DNA of 64,000 bases, from positions 682,001-746,000 of the forward strand of contig LSRY02000027.1 of the NCBI GenBank assembly GCA_001643675.2, in the 5' to 3' direction. Positions within the stretch are counted from its first letter, which is position 1. Each line of letters opens with the position of its first letter. The position numbers and the translations under genes were made by a program. The stretch comes from Monocercomonoides exilis PA203. Its lineage: Eukaryota > Protista > Preaxostyla. Below the pieces are notes generated by a model. The model was not told where the DNA came from, made no database searches, and worked only from the letters and a program-made list of their open reading frames with translations. Below are positions 25,701 to 39,430 of this stretch, in pieces.

Positions 25701-28700
25701 ACCTCAGGAACGTTTCATGAACGTGTTGGATCTATCCTTGCTTTGGCATCTCTTGTTACATCTGCTGAGCCCTCGCTCATTCAAGTGCATTTGGCCAGTC
25801 TTCTGACTTGCATTCGCATTGGAATTGACGATGAGGCAATTGAAGTTCGAAGATCTGCATTTATTGTTCTGAACATGCTACACAACTACACAGATAAAAC
25901 AACATGGGAGAAAATAGTTCGAAAGCTGCTGAGTTGGATTACAAATATTGATACAAAGGATGCCCAAAAGATTGCGCTTGAGGATGATAGTGACAAAGAC
26001 AAAGGAATGCAACAATCATTATTGAGTGGAGGAGCAACAGTACGAGGAAGGAAAACTCCAACACGCGATAGTCTTTTGAAGACAACGCATGCCATTCAAG
26101 CACTCCGCTTTGTTTGCCATTTGGCTTCGAAGGTTCCCACATTCGGCAAGATAATTTCTCCGTTGGTACAACCGCCATTCACGCTCAGCAACATTCGCTG
26201 CCTTTCTGCACTTATCAAATCATCCTTGCCTTTGATTACTGTTCCCTTTCCGTCTTTGGTCGAGAACCTTGTAGATGTGCTTGCATATATTTCTGGTCTC
26301 TCTGGTGGAAATGAGGAAATATCAGCGAGAACAATCTCCTCATCTGCATCATCATCCTCTTTGGCATCTTCAAATGCTCCTTCACCTTCAGGGTTTGCAA
26401 CGCCATCGAAATCCATTGTTAAAGTAGCTGGAAACTCAACTAATCCATTTTTGTGGGCAGTACCAGTTTCGGAGATTGTGCATCAAATCTTTCTTTCTGA
26501 TGAAGAAGAAACAGTTGACACTCTTTGCTCACTTTTGGTTAATTCATCCACACTGAAGCAAATGTGGAGTGCTTGGCTGCTTAGTCAGTTACTCGGTGTC
26601 TGTGAGAAGCAGAGAAGGCTTAGAGAAAGAAAAATGAAGGAAAAAGCAAATAAGATAATAAAAAGAAGAAAGAAGAAAGAAGAAGAAGAATGTAATGATA
26701 AAGATAAAAGCAGATCAAGCGTGGAAGTTGACGTGCAATCGGAATCTTCAGACTCAAACTCAGAAACTGAAATATCTTTAAACGAAGATTCTATCGATGA
26801 CTATTGGTACCCGGATGAAGAAGAAGATTCCGAAGAAGAGGATGACGAAAATCATTTGTACATTTTGTACGATTGCAGATTTAAAGCATTGAATCACTTA
26901 CTGCAGGTTTGTGCTAATGTCGAAAGCTGGGCAGCTCTCAGTTCTTCGAATCAAGCTTTTCACACCCAAGAAACATCAAAAAGAGAAGATATTCAAACAA
27001 CATCAGAATCTGCTTCTTCGGCTTCAGGAAGTCAACCTTTATCAAATGCAGAATTATGCGAAATACTGAGAGCAGCAAATTATGAGGAATATAATGAATC
27101 AAAGCACACAACAATTTGCTTGAATTTAGATGAAGCGATTACACCTCGTTCGGCTGTTTGCTCTGCATTTGCATCAATTCTTATGTCATTGAATGCTTAT
27201 GATGCTGCCTTGTTTGGAGAGCAAGTTCGCTCGCTGTTATCAAAAATCGATGTCGAAGTTGAAAATGAAATGGAAAAACAAAAAGATATATGGCGTTCTT
27301 TGGGAGAAAGAGAGAAATATATGGCCAGCCGCACAAATGGTTCATTTGAGAATTCCTTTGATTCTCATAACAAATTCCGTTTGTCGCTGAAAGAGCATCC
27401 ATTGTTCTATTGCGAAGAAGGAATTGTAAGTTTAGCGTCAATTTTGCTGGCTTGCATCACACATGGCGAGAAAAGTGATATTTTGCTTGGGTGCAATGGC
27501 TTAACCATTCTTCTCAAGCTTTTATCTGTGCTTCCTCAGAATTTCGACTCTGTTTCAAAGATTTTCACCGATGAACATTTCAAGGCTATGACAGCATCGG
27601 GCAATATTCTGAATTCACCATTTGTTCATACCCTATTTCCACTCAATGCTTACGAAATGTTTCATGCACGAAAGTCCGAAGCGTTATCATTGCTTTCTGA
27701 AATCAAAGACAAGCATCCATATTCCATTCGTCATGTTTGGCAAGATTTGAACCAGTACATATCGTTGACAACGCTTGGATGCATTGCAAGTGCACTTATC
27801 AGAACAGCCTCTGAGTACACTCCTATGACACTGTCTGCCTCTGCATGCGGAGCACTTCTTGATTCTCTTTTCACGTTGTTTTCTGTTTTTGGAGCACCTT
27901 TGACTTTGTTTGCCTCGTTTGCTGTGGAGTCTCTCCCTTCTTTCTTTTCATCTGACAATAGGGAAATTAGAGAAAGAGCTGCTTCTGTAATGGAAGAGTG
28001 CATTCCGTTTCTCAAAAACCCTTGCTCGTTAGCAAAACGGATGTTTGATCTTATCCTAATTGGCATCAAACACACAAACGTCAAAGTAACAAGTGTTCCG
28101 TTTGATTCCGATCTTTTGGAATCATTTATGCAATCCACTTTGAGTAATATGCAGAAGAAGCATCTCCAGCCATCGTTGTCGCTTCCTGCGTATTTGACGA
28201 TGCCCTCACCACTTCACAATCTCCCTCTTCCATTCATTTCTCTCCCTTCTTCTGTGATATCAACACCATTTCAATGCGAGACAATTGCTGTTGATGCTGC
28301 CCTTCGTATTATCTGGCGTATCATCTGTGTGAGTGGAGGACATATTTGTGATATTAACGAGCAAATGGAAACTTTATTGATGAAAGATCTAGTGTCTGTG
28401 TGCTACGACAGCAATGGTACAGATACAATGGCACAAGGCTGCCAATCAACGACCGATGCTGTGAAAATGACAGCTGCAGATGCAATCGCTGCATTTGCAC
28501 GACTCAGAAGAGGGAATGTGCTGGAAAATCTTCTGAACACTATTCTGTCACGTAGTAATTTTTCAGCGGCATCTCCACAAGGAAATGGAAAGAGACAATA
28601 CTACACCCTTTCACCATCTCTGCTGTCAACCATGCACAACCAGCCATCTGTGCCAAACAGCAAAACTGAGAAAAGCGCTTTCCGCTTCACATATTCTTTT

Positions 28701-30553
28701 GATCCATCTGTGTCAACAACGGATGTGTCATTCTTGAATGCCACATTCACTTTCCACCACCACCCTTCGCACAGAAACATACGCCACTTTCATTCTCTTC
28801 TGTTGGCTGCTCTGTTGAATCCGTCATATCTCATCACTCCATCTGCACCTCTGCCTCCCACTACTCCTGCTGTGTCTCAAGCTGGAATCTCAACTCAATC
28901 ATCTTCGCAGCCTTCATCTCAAATATCTGGCTCTAATACTCATTCCACAACTAATTCACTTCCAATCTCTGGTATGTGTTTATTATATGATGTAATTTTA
29001 TGCTCTTTTTATTTTTATTTTTAATTTTTTCCTTATTATTATTATTATTATTATTCTCATTTTTTAAAATGGCATCAATTCTGTGCTGACTGCTCAATAC
29101 CCCATTTATATTCTCTTTTTTTATATCTCTTTTTTTTTTTCGAAAACACAGTAAATGAAGATGATCTTTCATACATGTCTGCTTCTCCAATGAATATGTT
29201 TGCATATTCTCTTTCTTCAATAATGGATCCTTCTATAGCGCAATCGCGTCAACCTCCATCAGTATATTCTATCCCAACAGCCGCAATGAAAATGAAATCT
29301 GCTTTTTCTCAAGCTGATCCAAAGATTGCACCTGAATCACTTCACTTCTCTGACAATCTGATTGAAGCCGAAAGCTCGTCTCATCTGACATTATCATCTC
29401 AATGCAATCTCCCACAAAATGCCTCTTCTTTCGGCCTTTCTTTGCCTCGCTGCTCGTTTGACGACTCATTTCTCGCCGATTCGCCTTCTCTTGTTGCTGA
29501 GCTTGCTGCCTTTTTGACTCATGCTGCTGGCGATCAGAGGGTATTTTTTTATTCGTTCATTTTTTTTATCCGTTCATTTTTTTATCCTTCAATTTCATTG
29601 TATTAATGCTTATAATAACAATAAAATTGGATTATTGCTTTTTGATTCGATAAATATTGTTATAAATTATCTTTTTGGCATTTCTATCTTCTTCTTCTTC
29701 TTTTTCTTCCATTAGGACGATATACGATTCGGGATATGCCTTGCTGTTAGTCGTTTTATTCTCAATCCAATCTTTGTCAATCTCACTTCGCAATCTTTGA
29801 GCGATTGTATGCTATCAACCATCTATTTATTATTCTTCCCAAATGTAATTCGAACTTTGTTTTTTATTTCAATACTTATTATTATTTTTATTATGATAAC
29901 TATTTAGCTCTATCTCTTCAGCCGGCTGTTATCAAGATACTTTCTCCTACTCATTCACTTGCTCTGCCTCTTTCATTGCTGTTACTTCTTTCGACTTTGA
30001 CGCAATTTCTTTCGGACACTTCGCCTAATATTGTATTTTGTGCTACGAATGCAATACGAAGAATAGCTGTTGCATTTCAGCATGTTTGAATTGCAATTTT
30101 TGATTAATGTCACTAATTTATTTAACTGTTTTCCTCTATATTATTTTTTTGAACGGATTTTTCCACTATTCATTGAACTTTGATATTTAACTTTTTTTCC
30201 TTCACTTTATTTTATTATGTTCTGTCGAATAGTTTCCAATTGAATATATTATTCAGTTTATCGCCCCGCTAATCGAAAATACTTCTTCTTCTCATGCTAA
30301 TGTTGCAAAAGCGGTTTGATTTTAGATAATTGTTGTTTGATTGCTATGAATTTGAAATTTTTATTTTTGCTTATATTGTTATACATTTTCTCTTTTAAAT
30401 TTAAAGTCTGAGGCTGCATTAATATCATTGTTCCATAAGGGAGATGCAGGAAGATTTCCTCAGATAATTGAAACTTTAAAGATTCATCCATCCACAGTTA
30501 CTCACACTTCATTGTTCTATTTATATACACATAAAGGAGCACTTGGTGGCTGA
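10765..30553 (+). CDS. GCN1: GCN1 (eIF2-alpha kinase GCN2 activator, HEAT repeats), ~6,100 aa with low-complexity insertions
   Basis: GCN1 motifs occur in order: RKGAAYAIAGL, KEGALVAFE, VRQAAKDASKAL, WRTKQGAVEILGRMA, TDPHPLVQSAAKAAL, DAASLALLAPIVIRGL, WRVRLAA, LFLARFDTSREVQQKAVSVWK. Frame-consistent exons: 10765-10849 (or -10786), 10907-11295, 11455-12119, 12255-18040, 18193-18293, 18364-18465, 18541-18654, 18735-28971, 29152-29540, 29716-29806, 29908-30083, 30233-30313, 30407-30553. GCN1 identity is firm for 18735-28971. Linkage of the 5' exons rests on splice-phase continuity only. Confidence 0.85.
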
Positions 30554-30636
30554 AAATAATTTAAAAATCCAATTTTAGTTTTATTCATTTCATAATGTGT
30601 TAAAAATGGTTAAGTTGATCAATATTTTTGTTTGGA

Positions 30637-31261
30637 ATGGCAAATACAGAGAATGAATATCCGCTTCGATTTTCTTGGACCGTTTCTATTGTTGAGGCAC
30701 CTAAGGCCATGAGATACCAAAGGAGTGAAGATGAATGGATGTCAAATGTGCATTTACTTTCAACAATTAGAACTCTTAAGCAATTTTGGCAGTTTGACTT
30801 GCTTATAAAATTGTAAACAATCATCATTTTACTAACATTTTCATTTATTATTCTATAGAGTGTGTCATCATATTCCAAAGCCATCAATTCTTCCTGCAAA
30901 GACGGTTTATTATATTTTCAAAGAAGGAATTAAGCCCGCTTGGGAATACGGAGATAACGTTGGTGGAGGAAAAATCATAATTTCGCTGAAGACTTCTCTT
31001 ATGAAAGCAGCAGGTGAAAAAATGTATTTTGATTTACTGCTTTTGATAATTGGAAATCAACTTTCGTCAGCTGATGATGTGTGTGGAATGATTTTCAAGA
31101 GGCATAAAGATGAAATTGAGATTTGGATAAAAAAAACTGCAAATAATCGCGCAATGAAAGCATCTATTATTGCCATTCTGAATGAGATCCTCACCTTGAA
31201 ATCAGAATTATTTAGATTATCTGAAAGCGATGTGACATATCGACCTCACGAACATTCTTAA
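30637..31261 (+). CDS. eIF4E: Eukaryotic translation initiation factor 4E family protein (~185 aa)
   Basis: Exons 30637-30791 and 30859-31261 give YPLRFSW...EDEW...TLKQFWQVCHHIPKPSILP..YYIFKEGIKPAWEYGDNVGGGK...DLLLLIIGNQL..DDVCG...IEIW. Confidence 0.92.
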
Positions 31262-31737
31262 GGAGGAGAGAGAGATGATAATCTTTATATATTCTGATCA
31301 TTAGCTATTTCCCCATTCATTTCACAGTTGGGAATCATTTCACTCATCATCCTACCTTTTATAAGTTTTATTTTTAGAATTTGATTTAAATTTTAATTTA
31401 AATTTTGAATTTTTTAATTTTTTTTTAGAAAAAATATTTAGTTAGTCTCAAAATCAGTTCACTGAATTTTTAATGAGTCGAATTTGTATTTTGTCGTTTT
31501 ATGCTTGGCGCGATGAAAGTTCGAAATTTTATTTTTCTTATCTTTTTTTTTTTTATTTATTTAAATAAAAATCGGTATTTATGTTAACTGCAAAAGTTTT
31601 GAATAACCGTTGATGCAATAACAAAGATAAAAAGAAATTAAAACTGAATGCACTCAATTAAATCACAGCGCAAAAAAATATTGGTGATCTTTTTCCCATG
31701 CTTCTTATTTTTTAAGTTGTGCACTATATTTTGAAGA

Positions 31738-34700
31738 ATGACAGAGCCAAAGAAGCGTGACAGCCTTTTGTATGAAAATGCATTCACTTATATAATGTTT
31801 TATAATGAATCTGATGATTAATAAATTTGTAATTTTTAAAAGAATGTTCTTTGGAACTTGGAATGTTGGCACACTTCCACCGCCTCCAGACATATCAGAA
31901 TTTTTGCGAACAGATCTCACAACTTGCGACTTTTATGCTATTTCACTTCAAGAAGTTGTTCCTCTGAAAAGTATGCGATTTGCATTCAGAATCATTAAAA
32001 TAATAATTTTAATTTAACTGTGATACCAAGTGTCAAGCATGCTTCGGGAAAGTGATAACTTAAACAAATGGGAAAATAAAATATTATCCGAGATACAAAA
32101 TGATTTTTGTCTTGTTTGCATTTTGAAATCTCAAAATTTTTAAATTTACTGAAATTTTTATTTATTGTTCATTTAGATGGTGTCAAAACAACTATTTGGA
32201 CTCACGCTGTCAATATTTGCTAGAAAGAGTCTAATGCCATTTATTACTGATGTACAGATACAAACGGTTTCATGCGGAATAATTGCTCTTGTTGCAAATA
32301 AAGGAGCAATTGTCGTCTCTTTCTCATTATTTTCTCAACCTGTTTGCATCGTTGCAAGTCATCTTACAAGTGGAAGAGGTAATTTTGTATTATTTTAAAA
32401 ATTGTTTTTATATGTTTTCCTTTACTTTTTTCACAAAAAAATACACAGAAAAATCAAAGCGTAGGAAAGAAGATTTCGATAAAATTGTACGAGATGTAGC
32501 GTTTAAATCTCCAAAGCTCAAGCTTCTAAGTCACGCAGCAGTCTTTTGGCTTGGGGACTTGAATTATCGCGTTGACAAATGCCTCAAACCAAAAGATATT
32601 GAGGAAATGCTGCTGAACGATAAAGTAGATGATTTGTTTGCATACGACCAGCTTATCCAGCAGAGAGAGAAGAACGAGGCATTTGAGGGCTTCCAAGAGA
32701 TGGGAATCACATTTGGCCCCACGTATCGCTACGACGATGGGACAGATATTTTTGATACTTCGTATGTGAATAAAGATTGATTGAAGGGGAGATGTGTTAT
32801 TTGTTCTTTTTACGAAAAAAAAGATGATGCTCATATTGCTAATCTTTTTTATCTTGTTTTGTAATTATTGATTCTCTGTTAGTGAAATTGAAAAGATAAA
32901 TAAAAATTGCTTATGTATTCTTTCGTCTTTATTTTCATTGTTCTTTTTTGAATTTTTGCTTTTGTGTTATTTCTGATTAATTCAATTTTATAAAATGAAA
33001 AATAATCTTTTTTTTTTTTTAATTTATTTATTTTTATTCATATAACAATTCATATTTTTTTTTTCCCCTTCTTCATTTTATTAGACACAAGCTGCAGCAG
33101 CCAGCGTGGTGTGATCGAGTCATGTGGCGTATCATTCCACAGAATGAAGCTAATCCTCTTCTGAAAGAGAAAGAAAAGGAGAAAGAGAAGAAGACAATAA
33201 ACTCACAGAACTCAAATGGATTGTCTTCTTTCCATTCAGTGAGTGAGAGGAAATCTATATCAACTTTTCCTATTCCTTCTCAAACCACGTCATCATCATC
33301 ATCATCTTCTTCTTCTTCTTCTTCTTCTTCTTCTTCTTCTAATTCATCTTCTAATTTATCTTCATCTTCTGCTCCATCTTCTTCACCTCCTTCTCTTTCT
33401 TCCGACAAAACACCATCACTTGCAATGTCTCCACCAGCCACACAAAAACAGTCATTAACATCTTCCTCTTCCTCTTCTTCAACATCATCTCCTGCTTCCT
33501 CTTCTCCCTCTCCCTCTCCTTCTCCATCATCCTCTTCTCCTTCAACCTCAACCTTATCCTCCTCCTCCTCCTCCCCTCCATCATCGTCATCCACACATCA
33601 TCTCTCTCTCCCTCTTCCCAGTTCTTCTCATTTCTCTTCCTCTCCTTTCAGTGCCAATCTCTCCACTCCTCATGCTTCTTCTCCACTTCGCACTTTCAAC
33701 CCCAGACGTATCTCTACAAGCACTATACCCACAAACACTAATTCTTCTTCTTCCTCTTCTTCTTCTTCTTCCACTTTCTCTTCATCTGCTTCTATGACTC
33801 CTTCAAAGATTGGACATTTCTCTTCTTCTTTTGCTTCTTCGCCTACATCTTCCTCTGCTTCTTCTTCTTCATTAACAACAACAACAAATTCTTCTTCTCC
33901 TTCTCCTTCTTCTTCTTCTTCTTCATTCTCTGCCCTCTCTTCCTCAACAGTAGCTGCAGTGACTGACAATCCATTCATCAGATCTGCTCCTTCTTTTTCT
34001 TTTGCCGGCAGCGATGACAATGTGAAAGTGAGGCAAAGAGCATTAACTCTGTCTGTTACTTCAAGTTATTCTTCTTCTTCTCCTTCTTCTTCTTCGAATT
34101 CTTCGAATTCTTCAGCTTCAACTTTGTTTTCTCCTTTCTCTTCCATATCACCTCCATCAAGAGCTGCCTCTTCATCATTTAATTTCTCATCATCAGCTTC
34201 TTCTTCTTCTAATTCAAAAAGCAATTCTTCTTCTTCTTCTTCAACTTCAACAGAAAAATCTTCATCAAATGCATCTTCTGAAAGTTCTGAAGCAGAATCA
34301 TCATCTTCTAAACCAATATCTCCAACATCACCAACTGCAACAACATCATCAATAACATCATCCTCATCATCTTCTCCTTCTCCTTCTCCTTCTTCTCCTT
34401 CTCCTTCTCCTTCTTCTCCTTCTTCTAATTCATCATCTTCTTCACCTTCCCCTTCTTCTCCTTCTTCTCCTTCCTCCACCACCTTATTAACTGCCACTTT
34501 TGCTCCAGTTTCGCCCAAACCTTCTCCAAAAGTCATATCTTCTCCTTCTCTCACCCCAATCCCCTTCCAAAGATCACCCCCAATAAAAAGCCAGCCTCAT
34601 ACAGCACTTCCAAGCAGCTCAACAACTGTCTCTCTGCTCTCTTCGACTCGTATGTCGCATTCTGGATTCTCGCCTGCTAAAGTTAGTGTGGTTGTTAGTC

Positions 34701-35131
34701 CAACTGCTGCAAGTACTTCGTCAGTGTTGTCATCATCATCTTCTTCTTCTTCTTCGTCGTCGTCGTCGTCTTCTTCTTCTTCATTTACTGCTTCTGCTTC
34801 ATCAACAGCAACAAATACAACAAATACATCACAAAATATTAATTCCACAGAAAATGCATCAACTTCATCAGATGTCATATGTGATCAGTCAATGAGCATA
34901 GCACCAGAGCCATTGGATGTGGCAGCATTAGAGCAGCAGACGAGTAAAGATGGAAATTCTGAACAATCAAAGGATCCTTCTTCTTTATCTTCTTCTTCTT
35001 CAGATTTGAATTTGAATTTGGATAACTCAAACAAGCAAAATACAGATGCTTCTTGTATTACCAAAGAAACCAATGAATCTGAGCATAAAGAATTAACCAT
35101 ATCATCTTCAACAACTTCCTCCTCCTCCTCC

Positions 35132-35163
<32 letters not shown>

Positions 35164-38100
35164 TATTGAGATACCCACTCAAGAGCTGCCAACAATAGCA
35201 GCTGCATCCACTTCACCTTCTGCTCTGTCAGTTAGCAGTGTGCATTCACCTTCACAAGATTTTGGAGCATTCAATGAAATAGAAATGGCAAATGACAAAA
35301 TCGTGTCTGAAGCTGAAGAAGCATCTAAAGATGATGAGAAAGCAGAAGATGGACAAAGTTCTGATGATGTGTTGAGTGATGGTAGAATTGGAAAAGAAAA
35401 TAAAACGAATGAGAAAATAGCAAATGATGTTGATAAGTTAGATGGAACACACAAAGATGCAGTTGATGTTTTAGAGGAAAGAAAGATTTCAGTTGATTCA
35501 TCTGGTATTGATAGTGTTAGCAATGTGATGCTACCACTGCCAACTGATGAGGCATTTTCTAAGTCATTTTCAGATGCTGTTGAAGATTCACACACAATGA
35601 TTGAGAAAAAAAACAAAACAATTTCTGTATCAGAAGATAAAATTCAAGGTGATGTTTCAAATGTTCATAATAATGCAAATGAATCAGAAGACAAAGCAAA
35701 AGATGAGAGTGCGAAGGAACAAGACGATTCAAATGAAGTGAAAATTGTTAAAGAGAGCCATTCAGAGAAAGAAAGCATAGAAAATAAAAACAAAACAGAA
35801 TTAGAGTCAGAATTAAGTGAGACGTTAATAAAAGATGAGAAGGAAGGCTCAACAAATGATAGAAAAGAAGAGGGGGAAAAAGCAGAAGGAAAAGAAGGCA
35901 AAGAAGAATTGAAAGAAGAAGATGATGAGATGTCTGAGTCAACGATTGAAGAGTCAAGTGATGGCGAATATTCAGACAATGACGAGTTTGAGATGAGCTA
36001 CAGCGATTTTGATGACTATTTCAATGAAGACGATGATGAGGATGATGACGAGGAAGAGGAAGAAGAGGAAGAAGAAGAAGAAGAGGAGGAGGAGGAGGAG
36101 GAGGAGGAGGAGGAAGAGGAAGTTGAAAACGTAAAGGAGGAGAAAGAAATCGAAAAAGAGAAAGAAACTGAAGATTTATCAGGAGATAAAGCATCCAACG
36201 CAAACACATATGAAGACAACGAAAAGCCTTCTGAAAGTTCTTCTTCTTCTTCTTCTTCTTCTCTAGCAAAGGAAGAAGAAGAAGAAGAAAAGAAATCAGA
36301 GTCAAATAAAGCATCAGCTAATCCCATCAACACACCCGAAACTGACAAGCATCTCACCCAAACACCACACAAAGCAAAGCCCAAAAAGACAGCCAACAGC
36401 TCATCTTCCATTGGAGAATGCAACAAATCTCAAAAGACATCACACATTCGGAAGAAGCGCAAGTACGGCCTCAACTCCGACCGGTGGCGGAAGAAGCTTC
36501 TGGAAGACCTGCTGTTCATTGAGTCGTTAGAGGAGAAGCAGCAGAAGGGGACAATCATTCTCTTTACCACTCCGTTCTTGCAGTCACGACGCCCGCCTCA
36601 GCCTCCTCCGTCTCTTTTAAGCAGCTCACGATTCACTGAATCGCTTCCCCCGCCTGTTCCGTTGCAGAGCGGAGGGAGTGAGCAAAACGAGAAGTTTGTG
36701 TTGAGACAGGCTGGGTTTGGACAAGTAGGGCAGAGGAATTCGGAGTCTTTGGGGTCTTCTTCTTCCTCCTCCTCCTCCTCTTCTTCTGTGTCAAAATCAG
36801 GGGGTTCTTCAGAAGATGGTACTGGCGTACTAAATTCAGGGATAATGTCGATGTCTCCTATTCCCTCAGCTCCTTCGTCTTTGCCCATTGCAACACCTGC
36901 TTCTGTGTCTTCACTCGGGGCAAGTGGCAAGCTATTCACTGCACCTCGTGCTGCATCACTTTCTTGTGCTGCTCTTTCATCATCATCATCTTCTTCTTCT
37001 TCTTCCTCATCCTCATCCTCCTCTATTTCTTCTTCTTCCTCTTCTTCTTCTTCGATGATTCAGTCAGAATCAGCCTCCAACTTCCGCCCACGCTCTGCCT
37101 CTCTCGCTGCCATTGCACCTAATTCCTTGTCTGTGAGCACATCCAATGAATTGTTTGAGAGCAATTCTTCTGTCTCTTTGTCTCTCTCTGCCCAATCATC
37201 ATCCTCCTCCTCCTCCTCTTCTTCTTCTTCTTATTCTTCTTCCTCTGAGAAGAAGAGCTTTCCTCATTCTGCTTCTAATAACTCACTGGCGAGCTATCAA
37301 AGTGCCAACCTTCTGTTTGATTTTGCACCCGTTGTGCATTCAGGCAGTGTTCAGGATGTGGCGAAAGTTGATCCTTTCGCATTGAATGAGAAATATGACA
37401 AGTTAATAAGCAAAGTTAATGAAATTGCTTCGCCAACAATGGAGAATGCTGCTAATCCTGATGCAACCGTTAAATCTCCTTCAACAGTTTCTTCTTCTTT
37501 GTTATCTTCGTCTCCATCTCCATCTCCTTCTTCATCCTCTTCCTCTTTTCTAACCCTCTCCAAGTTATCCGTTTCACAATCTTCCCAGGTGTCTTCAAAT
37601 TCTGTTTCTTCTTCTCTTTCCTTCAGTCCAATAACCACATCAACCACTTCTCAGTCTGCTGGCTCTTCTGCCCACTCGCTTCATCCACCTGTATCCCCCT
37701 CGTTTTCTTCACTATCGCGTCCTTCCTCTTTCCCTCCTCTTTCTATTTCAACAACCTCCTCATCATTGAAGTCTTCTTTGCTCGGAGCCAATCTTTCAAC
37801 CACTCAATCTCCTTCACAGTCAACAGCAACTACTTCTTCTTCTTTTTCTTCTGCTCTTGTTCCTTCACCAGGCAACAACATCGCCTTAAAACTGATTCCA
37901 CTCAGCTATGAGAAGCACCAGCTGTACAACCAAAGCGATCATCGCCCTGTTTCTGCTGTGTTTCGCCTGTTTCTCTCTCCGCCGCTGCTTCCGTCAGACA
38001 TCTCTGTCTCAATCTGTGAATCTGCTAAACACCTGCCAAGTAGATCACCGTCAATTATGGCTGCATCTCAGCTGCCTTCTCCTTTCTCTTCTCTTTCTTC

Positions 38101-39430
38101 CTTCTCTCCTTCCATTCAAAGCAGCACTACTCAAGCAACAACAGCATCATTATCATCATCATCATCAACTCTGCCTTCACCCAATCAAAATCAGTCTTCT
38201 CTTTCTTCTATCAACGCACAATGCTTCAGTTCATACGAGGCATCTGAGCAGGCGAGTCTGGGCTTTCCTTTGGAGAGCAACCGGATTGTGTCGACGGAGG
38301 AAAGAGTGAGACATCTGCAGGACGAGAAGCAGAGAGAGGCAGACGAAGACACCTCGTTCTCGTTTATGGGCACAGATGCTGGGAGCAATGGTGGTAGCAA
38401 TAGCAATAGCAGTAACAGTAGTAATAGTAATAGTACTAGTAGCAGTGGTGGCGGAGGAGGTGTTAGTGGTAGCAGTAACAGAAGCAGTGGAGGAAATGCC
38501 AATGTGAATACGAATGCAAATATGAATGTGAATGCGAATGTGAATGGAAGTGGAAGCAATAATAGTAACAATTGTAAAGAGAACAGAAAGGATGGAGGAA
38601 AAGAAAGCAGCAGTGTTCTGTCAGAAGCAGAAAGCGATGTGGAACGAGAGAGTCTTCTTCTGAAGGAGCTGTGGATCACTGAAAGACGGTGGCTGTATGC
38701 AGAAATGAAGGAAAAGGGGATTCCGCTGTCGAAGGACGAGGCAGCAGAAGCAGACCTTTTTGAGGAGATAGAGAAGGAGTATTTGGCAGAAACAGAAAGG
38801 AGGCAAAGGGAAGTGGAGGAGAAAGAAAAGGAGATGGAGAAATCAAAGGAAAACGAGGAGAAGCTGAAAAAAGAGCAGGAATTGAAAGATTCGAAAGATG
38901 ATCTCAGACCCCCATCACCTCTCAATCCATCATCTTTGCAGCCAACTGCTTCTCCATTGCCATCATCATCTTCTACTACTACTTCTTCTTCTTCCAATGC
39001 CACATCAGCCAGCCAGCAGTCAGCTCTGCGTGCTTTAGCTCAGTTCCAGCCAGCCAACAAGGTTAAGGGGAGTCTGTCTCTTTCACTGCCATCGTCTCCC
39101 TTTGCCAGCAGGAGTGGGATGCATCTTATTCGTCGTGTTCAGCCTGTCTTGTCTGAAGGAGGGGCTGCGTTTTTGGTTGATCCCCTTGCAATGCCTCATC
39201 CTTCGATATCTTCTTCTTCTTCTTCTTTATCACCAACGAGCAATACAACAACATCAGCACAGACAATGCCACCGAGGCCTTTGAGCACTTGGCATTCGCT
39301 TCTGCAGTTTTGGCCGAATTATCGTGGCACTTTGCGTGATGGGCAGCATGCAGTGAAGGATGGAATAATAGAGAGACGACACATAATGGAAGAAAGAGAG
39401 AAGGAAAAAGAAAAAAAGGCTAATAAATGA
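31738..39430 (+). CDS. Inositol polyphosphate 5-phosphatase (IPPc/EEP fold), ~2,367 aa with giant low-complexity insertion
   Basis: Exons 31738-31769, 31843-31970, 32031-32113, 32177-32378, 32449-32761, 33085-39430. Motifs GTWNVG, ISLQEV, ANKGA, ASHL, FWLGDLNYR, DQL, PTYRY, PAWCDRVMW and, far downstream at ~37934, SDHRPVSAVF. Confidence 0.92.
36025..36123 (+). repeat. Coding GAR/GAT trinucleotide run (poly-Asp/Glu tract)
   Basis: GAT/GAG/GAA repeats encode EDDDEDDD followed by a long Glu run in the 5-phosphatase insertion. This is one example of many (TCN)n and (GAR)n coding microsatellites in the window. Confidence 0.9.

Noticed and set aside
31500-31530. TGGCGCGATG..GTTCGAA resembling tRNA A/B boxes
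   Set aside because: The spacing is far too short and no cloverleaf stems form.
33280-39003. Many minus-strand poly-Glu/poly-Ser ORFs inside the 5-phosphatase (similarly 42867-43781 and within GCN1 and the 3,525-aa gene)
   Set aside because: They are stop-poor reverse or shifted frames of trinucleotide repeats and have no independent motifs.
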